From Nitrospirota bacterium (GTDB taxonomy: Bacteria; Nitrospirota; UBA9217): 64,000 nucleotides of DNA. Shown here piece after piece: positions 38,766 to 49,983 of this stretch. The notes under the pieces are model-generated. The model was not told where the DNA came from and did no database searches. It saw only the letters and a program-made list of their open reading frames with translations. The position numbers were made by a program, and so were the translations under genes. The stretch's first letter is position 1; every line of letters begins with the position of its first letter. Location of the stretch: NCBI GenBank assembly GCA_963818475.1, contig CAWFSF010000006.1:256001-320000 (forward strand). The letters run 5' to 3'.

Positions 38766-40400
38766 ATGCAGGTTGCTGACAAGGCTTCACCTGAGGCACA
38801 CTCCGGGCACGGAACGGGACAAGAAAAGGGCTATCTGGCGCTGGTGCTCCATGGCCATTTGCCGTTCGTGCGCCATCCCGAGTATGAGCAGTTCCTTGAA
38901 GAGGACTGGTTGTTCGAGGCGATCACCGAGACCTATATTCCGCTGCTGCGTGTCTTTGACGGACTGGTCAGGGACCAGGTTGATTTCCGCCTGTGCATGA
39001 GCCTGACGCCGACCCTGGTCTCGATGCTCACTGACCCGCTGTTGCAGGACCGGTTTGTGCTGCATATCAGTAAATTGATAACGCTGTCCGAACGCGAGGT
39101 GCAACGGACCGCGGGGCAGCCGGCCTTTCATGACCTCGCCTGCATGTACCAGGACCTGTTCCGCGAGACGCGCGAGCTCTTCGTCACGACCTACCGCGGC
39201 GACCTGGTGAGCGCTTTTAAAAAGTTTCAGGACCTGGGAAAGCTCGAGATCATCACCTGTGCGGCGACGCACGCCTTCCTGCCGCTCATGCCGAACCAGC
39301 GGGCGGTGCGGGCGCAGATCATGACGGCCGTGGAATTCCATGCCAGGCACTTCGGCAGGGAACCCCGCGGCATCTGGCTTCCTGAATGCGGATACTATGA
39401 GGGGCTCGACACCATCCTGGCCGAAGCGGGCCTCCGGTACTTCTTCACCGACTCCCACGGCATCTTCCACGCCACTCCCCGTCCCCGCTACGGCGTGTAT
39501 GCGCCGATCTTCTGCCCCTCAGGCGTGGCTGCTTTCGGCAGGGACCTTGAATCTTCCAAGCAGGTCTGGAGTTCTGTCGAGGGGTACCCGGGAGACTACG
39601 ATTACCGCGACTTCTACCGGGATGCGGGCTTTGATCTGGACTATGACACGGTTCGTCCTTTTCTCCATCCCGACGGCGCGCGGGTGAGCCTCGGCATAAA
39701 ATACCATCGGATCACGGGGCCTACGGACAAAAAAGCCCCCTACGTCCGGTCCCGGGCGCTCAGGAAGGTGGCCGAGCACGCCGGAAACTTTCTCCAGAGC
39801 AGGATGGAGCAGGTCCATTGGTTGGCGGGACTTTTTGACGACCGCAAGCCGCTCATGGTGGCGCCTTATGACGCCGAGCTTTTCGGACATTGGTGGTTCG
39901 AGGGGCCTGACTGGCTCGACGCACTTCTTCGGAAGATCGCCAGTGACCAGGAGACCCTGTGCCTGATCACGCCGGGCGAGTATTTGCAGGAGTATCCGCG
40001 CTGCCAGGCCGCGACGCCGTCGCCGTCGAGCTGGGGCCAGGAAGGGTATGCCGCGGTCTGGCTCGACCGCTCGAACGACTGGATCTACCGGCATCTGCAT
40101 ATGGCTGCCGACCGGATGGTGGAGCTTGCGCAGACCTACCCCGATGCCGACGGCCTGCTGGGGCGGGCGCTCAAACAGGCGGCCCGGGAGCTTATGCTGG
40201 CCCAGAGTTCTGATTGGGCGTTCATCATGAAGACCGGAAGCCATGCAGAGTATGCGGTCAAGCGGACCAACGACCACATTCTCAGGTTCACCCGGTTATT
40301 TAACGATATCCGGGGAAATACTGTTGACGAAGGCTGGCTTCGCACTATAGAATACGCAGACAATATCTTTCCGGACATTGATTACGGCCACTATGCTTAA
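38766..40400 (+). CDS. GH57 1,4-alpha-glucan branching enzyme (DUF1957)
   Basis: LHGHLPFV, GIWLPEC, PYDAELFGHWWFEG, AQSSDW. Confidence 0.92.
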   Translation: MQVADKASPEAHSGHGTGQEKGYLALVLHGHLPFVRHPEYEQFLEEDWLFEAITETYIPLLRVFDGLVRDQVDFRLCMSLTPTLVSMLTDPLLQDRFVLHISKLITLSEREVQRTAGQPAFHDLACMYQDLFRETRELFVTTYRGDLVSAFKKFQDLGKLEIITCAATHAFLPLMPNQRAVRAQIMTAVEFHARHFGREPRGIWLPECGYYEGLDTILAEAGLRYFFTDSHGIFHATPRPRYGVYAPIFCPSGVAAFGRDLESSKQVWSSVEGYPGDYDYRDFYRDAGFDLDYDTVRPFLHPDGARVSLGIKYHRITGPTDKKAPYVRSRALRKVAEHAGNFLQSRMEQVHWLAGLFDDRKPLMVAPYDAELFGHWWFEGPDWLDALLRKIASDQETLCLITPGEYLQEYPRCQAATPSPSSWGQEGYAAVWLDRSNDWIYRHLHMAADRMVELAQTYPDADGLLGRALKQAARELMLAQSSDWAFIMKTGSHAEYAVKRTNDHILRFTRLFNDIRGNTVDEGWLRTIEYADNIFPDIDYGHYA

Positions 40401-41771
40401 ACCATCCATTATCAAAGAACTGAAGAACATCGTCGGGCCCGGCACCTCTACACGGTTGCCGAGGAGCTGGTCGCCTATTCCTACGATGCGACGCGCAAAG
40501 AAGCGCTGCCCTGGGCTGTTGCGCGGCCGTCCTCAACGGAGGAGGTCGCCGCGATCCTGCTGCTGGCGAACCGCGAAGGCTTTCCCGTGGTCCCGCGCGG
40601 GGCAGGCACGGGCATGTCAGGCGGCTCCGTTCCGGTGCAGGGCGGCGTGGTCCTGTCCCTGGAGCGCATGAACCGCATCCTCGAGGTCGATGAACAGGAC
40701 CTCCTGGCCGTGGTCGAGCCCGGGGTCATCACCGGCGAGCTGCAGCGCGTTGTCGAGGCGCGCGGGCTGTTCTATCCGCCCGACCCGGCCAGCCACGCGG
40801 TCTGCACCATCGGCGGGAACGTTGCGGAGTGCGCCGGGGGCTTACGGGCCGTCAAGTACGGCGTTACCAAGGATTATGTGCTGGGGCTCGAGGTGGTGCT
40901 TCCTACGGGCGAAATCATTAAAACCGGCGCGCGCACGGCCAAGAGTGTTGCCGGGTATGACCTTACGAAGCTCATCGTCGGTTCCGAAGGCACGCTCGGC
41001 GTGGCAACGAAGATCATCTTGAAGCTGCTCCCGCTGCCGGAAAGCGTGCTGACCCTGTCGGCGTTCTTTCCCGATATCGATTCCGCCGCGCGGGCCGCAA
41101 GCGGCATCATCAGGGAGCGGGTCCTGCCGCGGGCGCTGGAACTGGTGGACCGCGCATCGCTCCGTGCTGCGGAGCAGTATCTCAAGGAAGACCTGTCCGG
41201 CGGCGCGGCAGCCATGCTGCTGATCGAGGTTGACGGGACCGTTGGATCAGCTGCGCACGAGATGGACCGCGTGACCTCCGTCGTCTCCCGATGCAATGCC
41301 TCGCGGATAGAGCAGGCGCGCGACGATGGTGAGCGCGAACGGCTCTGGAAGCTGCGGCGCTCCATCTCTCCGGCGCTCTACACGATCAAGCCGCGGAAGT
41401 TGAACGAGGACATCGTCGTGCCCCGGAGCAGGATTCCCGATATTCTGCGGGAGATCGAGGCGATCGCGGCCCGGCACGGCCTCCTGATCGCGAACTTCGG
41501 ACATGCCGGCGACGGGAACATCCACACCAATATCATGGTCGATGACGCGGACCTGCCGAAGGCCGAGATCGCGGTGAAGGAGATCTTCGCCGCCACGCTG
41601 CGCATGGACGGCAGCATCTCCGGCGAGCACGGCATCGGTTTGTCGAAAGCTGCCTATCTGCCGATGGAGGTCTCACCGGCGGCGCTCACTGCCATGAAGA
41701 GGATCAAGCAGGCGCTCGACCCGAAGAACATCCTGAACCCCGGGAAGATCTTTTTGGAGGATAAGACGTAA
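40393..41771 (+). CDS. FAD-linked oxidase, GlcD-like (frameshift near 40450)
   Basis: PRGAGTGMSGG, YPPDPAS, GSEGTLG, GHAGDGNIH, SGEHGIG. Confidence 0.9.
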
Positions 41772-41834
41772 ATTGGAAGCATCTGTATCGAAGTTGATTC
41801 AGAGGTACTGACGCGGATTGAAGGACAGAATGTC

Positions 41835-41914
41835 TTTGACACTGAAAAACATGATTTTATATGATGCCCCCAGATAGATCGGATCATAATAGATCAGTGT
41901 TAATCAGTGTCAAA
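41835..41914. repeat. MITE-like element with 11-bp TIR TTTGACACTGA
   Basis: Perfect inverted termini; related to 59287-59368 and 63073-63253. Confidence 0.7.
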
Positions 41915-41949
41915 AAAAGCAAGCCTTGGGGTCTTCAGTTGCATTAACT

Positions 41950-42596
41950 ATGAAAAGCAAATTCAACAAAACCATACTAACGCTGGTTCTCCTGTCATGC
42001 GCCTTGTCATTCCTTCCCCGGGAAGGGCCGAGGAACCGCATTCTGCCGTGACGATCGAAAGCCTGCGCGCCGAGGTCGCCGCACTGGAGCAGGAAGCCGC
42101 GGTACTGGAGGAGGAGAACCAGGGGCTGCGCCAGATGGTGCAGTCGCTGGGCGACGACGAGGTTTACCTGGTCGTGGACACCGAGAGCAACCGCCTCTTC
42201 ATCCGCCAGGGGGAGCATGTCCTTCAGACCATCGTCGTGTCCACCGGCAGCCGTGAACTGGTGAAGGATGAGAGCGGCAGGAAATGGTTCTTTGAGAGCC
42301 CTACCGGCGTGCTGACCGTGCTCGGCAAGGAGCGGAACCCGGTCTGGATCAGGCCGGACTGGTCCTATGTGGAGGAGAACATGCCGATCCCGCCGAAGAA
42401 CGATCCCGACCGCATCGTTCGCGATGTGATGGGCAAGTACGCGCTGCTTCTCGGCAACGGGTACAAGCTCCACGGGACGACCTACAAGAGCCTCCTCGGC
42501 ACAGCCGTTACCCACGGATGCGTGTCCATGGATGACGACGACCTGGAAACGGTTTACAAAAGCGCCTCGATCGGCACGAAGGTGTATATTTATTAA
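41950..42596 (+). CDS. L,D-transpeptidase (YkuD family); signal peptide offset by a frameshift
   Basis: LHGT...THGC catalytic motif; MKSKFNKTILTLVLLSCAL leader starting at 41950. Confidence 0.88.
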
Positions 42597-42625
42597 CCCT
42601 GAACTTGGACAAGCCGGAACCAACC

Positions 42626-42730
42626 TTTACCACGAAGACACGAAGTCGCGAAGAATGATAAAAACCGAAAGATACTGTTTAACTGATTACTATTAAGGCC
42701 GTACTTCGTGATCTTAGTGCCTTCGTGGCA
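42626..42730. repeat. Empty MITE-like element with the same TIR type as the GxxExxY cassette
   Basis: TTTACCACGAAGACACGAAGTCGCGAAG ... CTTCGTGATCTTAGTGCCTTCGTGGCA. Confidence 0.8.
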
Positions 42731-42732
42731 TA

Positions 42733-43278
42733 ATGCTTGCTGTTGCGGCTGGAGGCCGCGCTAGTGGTGAAAAAAAAGACCGCTCAAATAACAGCCGGCC
42801 TGCTTCTGCTACTCTCGGTGTTCCTCATGGGAATGGACGGGACGGGGATGATGCCGGGCAGGACGGTCTAGCGGCCCGGCAGCGGGAGCTGCAGGCACGG
42901 ATCGAAGCGCTCAGGTCCGAGCAGGACCTGCTGCTTTTTCAGAAGCAGTTCTCCACCATGGATTCCCGGTATGTGGTCCTCGATCTGACCCGCGGCCGCG
43001 GCCAGTTGAAATACCGCTCGCGGGTGTTCCTGGATTTTACGTTCAAGCCTCTTCCGAAAAGTGTGATCCGGACCGTACCGCGGGGAGTGCGGTCGTTGAC
43101 CAAAAAGATCGAAGGAGACGACCGGTTTGCCCTGGTCTTCGGCCCGACCTTCGTACTGCGCACCAAAAACGCAGCCGCACCAAGTCGCGGCGTGCCCCAG
43201 CTCATCGTGCCGCCGAGGGAAATGCGCTCGATCTTTTTTGCGCTCGAAGAAGGATCGATCGCCTATATCCTGCGGTAA
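42733..43278 (+). CDS. Hypothetical protein, possibly a non-catalytic YkuD-like partner
   Basis: Coiled coil followed by YVVLDL, the same layout as the upstream LDT; no HG/C motif; start uncertain. Confidence 0.55.
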   Translation: MLAVAAGGRASGEKKDRSNNSRPASATLGVPHGNGRDGDDAGQDGLAARQRELQARIEALRSEQDLLLFQKQFSTMDSRYVVLDLTRGRGQLKYRSRVFLDFTFKPLPKSVIRTVPRGVRSLTKKIEGDDRFALVFGPTFVLRTKNAAAPSRGVPQLIVPPREMRSIFFALEEGSIAYILR

Positions 43279-43295
43279 GCGCAGCACGCTTCCCG

Positions 43296-44189
43296 TTATT
43301 TTTCGGCGAGGTCTCCCACGGGAGGGGCGCTGTAGATCGAGCATTTCAAGCCGTCCTTGCCGCTGTTCTTCACTTCGTACATGACCTCATCCGTAAGCTT
43401 GACCAGGTGGTTGACGGACTGCGGCGCGCTGTCGAAGGTCACCAGGCCGAAGCTGAACGTCACCGGCCAGTTGTTGGCTGTCATAAGCTCCAGCAGTTTT
43501 TCTCTGATCTTCTCAACTGCCGTCCGGGCCATATCGCTGCCCGTTTCCGGGAACAGAATGATGAACTCATCCCCGCCGAGCCGGGCCACGATGTCGGTCG
43601 CCCGTATGGAGTCGGCAATGGTCGCTACGACCAGCTTCAGCAGGCGGTCTCCCTCCTGGTGGCCCTTGTTGTCGTTCACGACCTTGAAATTGTCCAGGTC
43701 AAGGTAGGCAGCGCTGAAAATGTGGCGGTACCGCAGCGCCCGCTGGATCTCACGCTCCGCCAGTTCTGCGAAGTACCTGCTGTTGACCGCCCCGGTCAGA
43801 TAGTCGATCCTCCCCAGTTTCTGCTCCCGTTCCAGCGACGACCGCAACCCCGCCAGCACCGAGCTTGCCAGAAAAAAGAAGGAGAGTTCCATGAACAGGT
43901 TCCAGTAAGGGACGGCGGCATGGCGTCCGGTATGCTGCGAAAGAATATCGGCCAGAGACCAGGCAGCAGCGCTCAAGACAGACAAGCCGATGCCCGTGGC
44001 GGGTCCGGCAAACCAGGTGGCGAGCGAGACCGGGACCAGGTAAAAGATGAAGAGCGAAAGGTCCGGACCGGTCATATAGTCCAGGGCGCCGAGGACTGCG
44101 ATGAGCAGTGAGCCCAGGACCAGGATGGTAGTTCGGGACTGTTTCTCCAGAAAGGCATAGAGCGAAGGCATTGACCGTTTCATAGTCAA
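43296..44189 (-). CDS. Membrane diguanylate cyclase
   Basis: 4 TM segments, DLDNFK, RATD I-site, RLGGDEF. Confidence 0.9.
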   Translation of the reverse strand: MTMKRSMPSLYAFLEKQSRTTILVLGSLLIAVLGALDYMTGPDLSLFIFYLVPVSLATWFAGPATGIGLSVLSAAAWSLADILSQHTGRHAAVPYWNLFMELSFFFLASSVLAGLRSSLEREQKLGRIDYLTGAVNSRYFAELAEREIQRALRYRHIFSAAYLDLDNFKVVNDNKGHQEGDRLLKLVVATIADSIRATDIVARLGGDEFIILFPETGSDMARTAVEKIREKLLELMTANNWPVTFSFGLVTFDSAPQSVNHLVKLTDEVMYEVKNSGKDGLKCSIYSAPPVGDLAEK

Positions 44190-44283
44190 AGCTTAGTTGA
44201 TAATCCTTAAAAAATCAAGCAGAAGGCAGGTTTTTGACTCATTTTCGGTTTGACTCGCGGCGATTTCGCGGTATAATGCCGCC

Positions 44284-45694
44284 ATGCGCGAACTCACGAA
44301 GGGCGAAGATTTTTACGACGGGACGGCTTTGCTGGGCGATCCGGTGCACGGCTATATTTCATTCATCACGCCGAGAACAGCGGGAGAAAAGACTGAAAAA
44401 GACCTTATCGACACGCCCTGGATGCAGCGGCTGCGCCAGATCTACCAGCTGCAGAGCGCCCGCTGGGTCTACCCCTCGGCGGAGCACAGCCGCTTCCAGC
44501 ATTCGCTGGGTGCGATGCACCTGGCCGGCCGGTTCGCCCGCCATCTCTATCCTTCGCTCAAGGCCGCGGTCCCCGACTGCCCCTCGGCCAATTATCATAG
44601 AAGAGCTCCTTCGCGTTACCGCGCTGCTGCACGATGTCGGCCACGGCCCCTTCGGTCATTTCTTCGACGACAACTATCTCGAACAGTTCGGATTGACGCA
44701 TGAGAAGCTCGGCCAGCATATCATCAGGACCGAACTTGCCGACGTCATCAAGGCGATCCGCCGCAGCCCTTCCGGCGATTTCTCGAAAAAAGAAAAACTG
44801 GACCCCGATCAGGTCGCGTTCCTCATCGGCAAAGGCGCCCAATCTCCGGCCCGGCAGCCCAAGTGGCTCGTATTTCTCCAGCCCCTGCTCTCGGGCATCT
44901 ACACGGTGGACAATCTCGATTATGTGCTGCGCGATGCCTACATGTGCGGCGTTGCCGTCGGCGCCGTGGACATCGACCGCCTCATGTACTACACCTTTTT
45001 TACCGACAAAGGACTTACGCTGCACAAATCCGGCCTTACGGCGCTCAACATGTTCCTGAACGCGCGGCTCTACATGTACACCAATGTGTATTACCACCGG
45101 ACCACGAGGGCCATCGACGAACATTTGAAGGAACTGTTCAAGGAGACCATGGCTGCGCTGTTCCCCTACAATCCCGCGGAGAATCTAGCCGAGTACCTGG
45201 AACTTACGGACTGGACGCTGCTCGAAGCGGTGAGACGGTGGGGCAAGGACGAGCAGGGACCGATGTCCTCCCTGGGCCGCGAATGGGCCGCCATCCTCTC
45301 GCGCGAGGTCAAATGGAAGATGGCCTACGATGTGACGCTCTCGATGCGCGCTTTTGAAAAAGGAAAGACCATCATCGACAAGGCCGAGTTGGTCAAACGG
45401 ATCAAGAAAATTCTTCCCCCGCATTTGAAGGACCTGCAGTTCGCCGTGGACATGGCGAGCCAGGACCCGCGTCCCATCAATCCGCTCATGATGGGCGAGC
45501 GGCAGATCCACGTTTTCAATCCCTCGACACGAAAAGTGGAAAAGGAACCGCTCAAGGATTTTTTCGATTATATTCCCGCCCGCGTTGTGCAGTGCCGGGT
45601 ATTCACCCTGAACCACGACCATGACCGGCACCTTGCCGATATTGTCGAGCGCGTTCTGGGGATTCAGGAAGAGAGCAGCAAGACGAACGTTTGA
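44284..45694 (+). CDS. HD-domain phosphohydrolase, dNTPase-like (frameshift near 44595)
   Basis: DPVHG, QRLRQIYQL, HSRFQHSLG, LLHDVGHGPF, DNLDY. Confidence 0.9.
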
Positions 45695-45746
45695 CCGTGG
45701 CGGCAGGGTTGCCTTCCCGCGCGAAGCTCCCTGCCCTGAGACCGTT

Positions 45747-48190
45747 ATGCAGAACAAAAAGAACCCTCCAAAAAAAACAACCCCGAAGCCAACGGCCGCA
45801 GAGAATGCCGCTGTGCCAACCGCTGCCGCTCTTTCGTCCGGCGACCCGAACGCGATCGTCGCTCACTTGCTGAAACGTGAGCAGTTCTTGAGCGAATCCC
45901 TCCATGCGGCTGAAGAGCGAAGAAAATGGGCGGAAACGGTCCTGGCTGCCATGGGCGACGCCATGAGCATCCAGGACCGCCAGTATAAGGTACTGTACCA
46001 GAACCGGGCGCACATCGATCTTATCGGCTCCCATGCGGGAGAATACTGCTACCGGGCGTACCACGGGCGGGACGCCGTGTGCGATGGCTGTCCCGTGGCC
46101 ATGAGCTTCGATGACGGAAAGCCGCATACCGTCGAGCGCTCGAATGCGAAGGCGCCGGGAACTCTGCAGATGGAGATCATGGCCTCGCCGCTTTTGGACA
46201 GCGCCGGAACGGTCATCGCCGGCATCGAGGTGGCGCGGAACGTGACCCCGCGGTGGCGGGCCGAGAATTCACTCCGGGAAGAGCGGAATTTCGTCAATGC
46301 CGTGCTTGATACCGTGGCATCGCTGGTGCTGGTCCTTGACACGGACGGGCGGATCGTCAGGTTCAACCGGGCCTGCGAACAGCTTACGGGTTACACCTTC
46401 GAGGAAGTGCAGAATGAACATGTCTGGGACCTGTTCATTCTGCCAGAAGAAGCAGCGGGCGTCAAAGGCGTATTCAAAAACCTGAAGGCGGGCATGTTCC
46501 CGAATAGCCATGTCAATTACTGGCGCATCCGCGATGGGAGCAGCCGGCTCATTTCCTGGTCCAATACAGCGCTGCTGAACGATGCAGGCGGCGTCCAGTT
46601 CGTGATCCCCACGGGGATCGACATCACCAACCAGCGCCGTATGGAAGAATCCCTGGCCACGGAAAAGGAACGGCTCGCCGTGACCCTCCGGAGCATCGGT
46701 GACGGCGTCATCACCACGGATACCGAGGGGCGGGTGGTGCTGGTCAACAAGGTCGCCGAATTGCTGACGGGATGGACGCAGGAGCAATCTCTCGGGAAAC
46801 AGCTGGGAGCGATATTCAACATCGTTCACGAAAAGACCCGGAAGCCCCTGACGGCCCCGATAGCGCAGGTGCTCAGCACCGGCAGGATCGCGGAGCTGAT
46901 GAACCATACGGTCCTGATCTCCCGCGACAAAACGGAACGGATCATTGAGGACAGTGCCGCCCCGATCACGGACAGTTCCGGCGCGATCATCGGCGTGGTC
47001 CTGGCGTTCCGGGATGTTACGGAGAAAAAACTGGTCGAAGCCGAGCTCGCCAAGGCTGAGCGTGTCGAGTCCATCGGCGTGCTTGCCGGCGGGATCGCGC
47101 ACGACTATAACAATCTGCTTACCTCGATCCTCGGCAATATAAATCTTGCGCGGACACTGGTACAACGTTCCGATATTGAAAAGGCGGCGGCGCGGCTTGC
47201 CGAAGCTGAGCGGGCGTCCCTGCGGGCCAAGGACCTGACCCGGCAGCTTTTGACCTTCTCGAAAGGGGGGGCCCCGGTCAAAAAGGCGGCCTCCATAGCC
47301 GAGCTCATCAGGGAATCAGCGCTCTTCGCCCTCCGGGGGACGAACGTTGAGTCCGTCTTTACCATTCCCGCAGATCTCTGGACGCTGGAGGTGGATGAAG
47401 GGCAGATAAGCCAGGTCATCAATAACCTCATCATCAACGCGGTCCAGGCAATGCCCGGCGGAGGCGGGACCATCCAGGTCCGGGCCAGGAATGTCGACAG
47501 TCAGGCAAGGCGATGCGCTGCCGCTTACGCCGGGGAGTTACGTGCTCGTCGAGATCGAGGACCAGGGATACGGCATACCGCAGGAGAACCTCAAACGGAT
47601 CTTCGACCCCTATTTTACGACCAAAGAACGCGGCAGCGGTCTCGGTCTGGCGACCAGTTTTTCCATCATTAAAAAACATGACGGGCATATCGCCGTGGAT
47701 TCGGTCCTGAAGGCCGGCACGACGTTCCGCATCTATCTGCCGGCGTTTCACGGGGAGGTCGTTCAGGAAGCGGCACCCATGGAGCGGAGCCATGGGGGGA
47801 CTGGGACTGGACGAGTCCTCGTCATGGACGACGATGCGCTGCTCCGGGAGGTGGCCGGGGAAATGCTGACGAGCCTGGGGTACGAGGCGGAAACCGCCAG
47901 GGACGGAGTAGAGGCTGTCCAGTTGTATCAACCAGGCCCGCAAGGAAGGCCGGCCCTTCGCTGCCGTTATCATGGACATTACCGTTCCCGGCGGCATGGG
48001 CGGCAAGGACGCGGTGACGCTCCTGCGCAAGGTCGATCCGTCGGTGAAGGCGATCGTTTCGAGTGGATATTCCAATGATTCCATCCTTGCGGATTTCCGT
48101 TCCTACGGCTTCAGCGGAGTGCTCGTGAAACCCTACCAGGTCCAGGAATTGGGCGCGGCGCTCAGCGCCGTCTTGCAGCGAAAAGACTGA
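45747..48190 (+). CDS. Multi-PAS hybrid histidine kinase with receiver domain (two frameshifts)
   Basis: AGGIAHDYNN, NAVQAM, DQGYGI..FDPYFTTK..GLGL, VMDDD, MDITVPGG. Confidence 0.9.
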
Positions 48191-48336
48191 AGGAAAAGCA
48201 GACCGCATCGGCAGTAATAATGAGGTATAAACGGGATGTGAAAAAGGATCGTTTAATTTTTTTTGCCGCTGCATAGTGACTCAAGTATGCAGCTCCCACT
48301 GCTGGTTCTGCTGGCAAGGGAATAGAAAAGAGTACC

Positions 48337-49844
48337 GTGAGCAGATACAAAGACATATATGTCATCATGACGGTCACGATCGTGGCTGGTATCAGTGCCT
48401 GGATATCCGATGCTGCCTATGATGCCTACATCGCCCACAAGGGCCCCTTCTGGGTCATTCTCACGGATGCTTACAGTCATGAACCTTTTCTCCGTCTTTT
48501 CCTCGTGGCAGGTTTTCTGGTTTTCGGCATCACCCTTTCGGTTATTCTCGCGAAGCGGAACAAGCTCTCGGAACGTATGCCGGGTGAATTCGACGGCCAT
48601 CGAGTCGTCCATGGACGGGATCGCGATCTACGATCGTGACGATAAATATATGTATGTGAATCAGGCCTATGCAAAGCTCAATGGGTACGACAGCCCGTCC
48701 GAGATCATCGGGAAGACCTACCACCTGATGTATGACGAACAGGAACGGGCACGGATGGAACAGATCTGCGCGCCGGCGCTCAGGAAAAACGGCACGTGGC
48801 GCGGCGAGCTGCATGCCACCAGAAAAAACGGCAGCACGTACTACCAGGAAGCATCGGTCACCATGCTCGAGGACGGCGGCCGCATCTACATCGTCCGCGA
48901 CATCTCCTGGCGCAAGCGGGGCGAGGCGCGGCTGCAGCGGTCGGAGCGTTTTTTGAACACCATTTTCGACAGCATCCGCGATCCCTTCTGCATCTTCGAC
49001 CGCGATTTCCAGATCATCCGCGTCAACGACGCCTATGCGCAGATGAAGAACCTGCCCTTGAAGGAGCTGCTCGGTAAAAAATGCTATGAGGTGCTGCACA
49101 ACGGGACCACGGTCTGCGACAACTGCGTCGTGCAGAAGTCGCTTCAATCTGCCGATCCCTGCGCCAAGGACAAGCTCGTCACGCTTCCGAACGGCGACGA
49201 AGTATGGTTTGAGATCTACACGTATCCGATCCTGGATGAGGACGGGAAGGTTTCGCATGTCATCGAGTACACCCGGGACATTACGGACCGCAAGAAGTCA
49301 GAGGCAGACCGTCGGCGCATGATCGAGAAGCTGGAATACCTTTCGAGGACCGACGCGCTGACGGGGTTGATGAACCGGCGGGCGCTGACCGACAGCCTGC
49401 TGTACGAGCTCGACCGGTCCAGACGGTATGATTCAGACCTGTCCCTGATCCTCTGCGATATCGATGATTTTAAGGAGATCAACGATACCTACGGGCATGA
49501 CGCCGGAGACCGCGCTCTCCAGACCCTGTGCTGCGACCTTGACGACGATTCTGCGAAAGACGGACATCGCGGGCAGATACGGCGGGGACGAGTTCATGCT
49601 TATCCTGCCGGAGACCTCGGTCGAGGGGGCTGAGATCCTTGCAGGGAAACTGCTCGATGCGCTCGACGGGATGGACCTCGATTTTATCGGAGGAGAAAAA
49701 CGCACGCTGTCGATCAGCATCGGCATCGCCGGACTTGAGACGAAGAACGATACCATCGATACGCTCGTCAAGCGCGCCGACGAGGCCATGTATATTTCAA
49801 AACATTCGGGCAAGAGCAAGACTTCTTCGGCCCCCGGGGCATAA
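48337..49844 (+). CDS. Membrane PAS-PAS diguanylate cyclase (two frameshifts)
   Basis: Two TM segments, two PAS domains, DIDDFK, RYGGDEF. Confidence 0.88.
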
Positions 49845-49852
49845 AGTGGATG

Positions 49853-49964
49853 AATGCAAAAGGCAAAGTGCAAAATGCGAACGTTAGGTAAATTGATACA
49901 AAGTCCAAAGTCCGCTTTCCGTTCCAATTTTGCAGGTTGAAATTTGCACTTTACTTTTTGCACT
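49853..49964. repeat. Inverted pair of heptamer runs (ATGCAAA-like / TTTGCAC-like)
   Basis: AATGCAAAAGGCAAAGTGCAAAATGCGAA ... TTTTGCA..TTTGCACTTT..TTTTGCACT between convergent genes. Confidence 0.7.
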
Positions 49965-49983
49965 ATCCTTTTATTCCCGCCCG

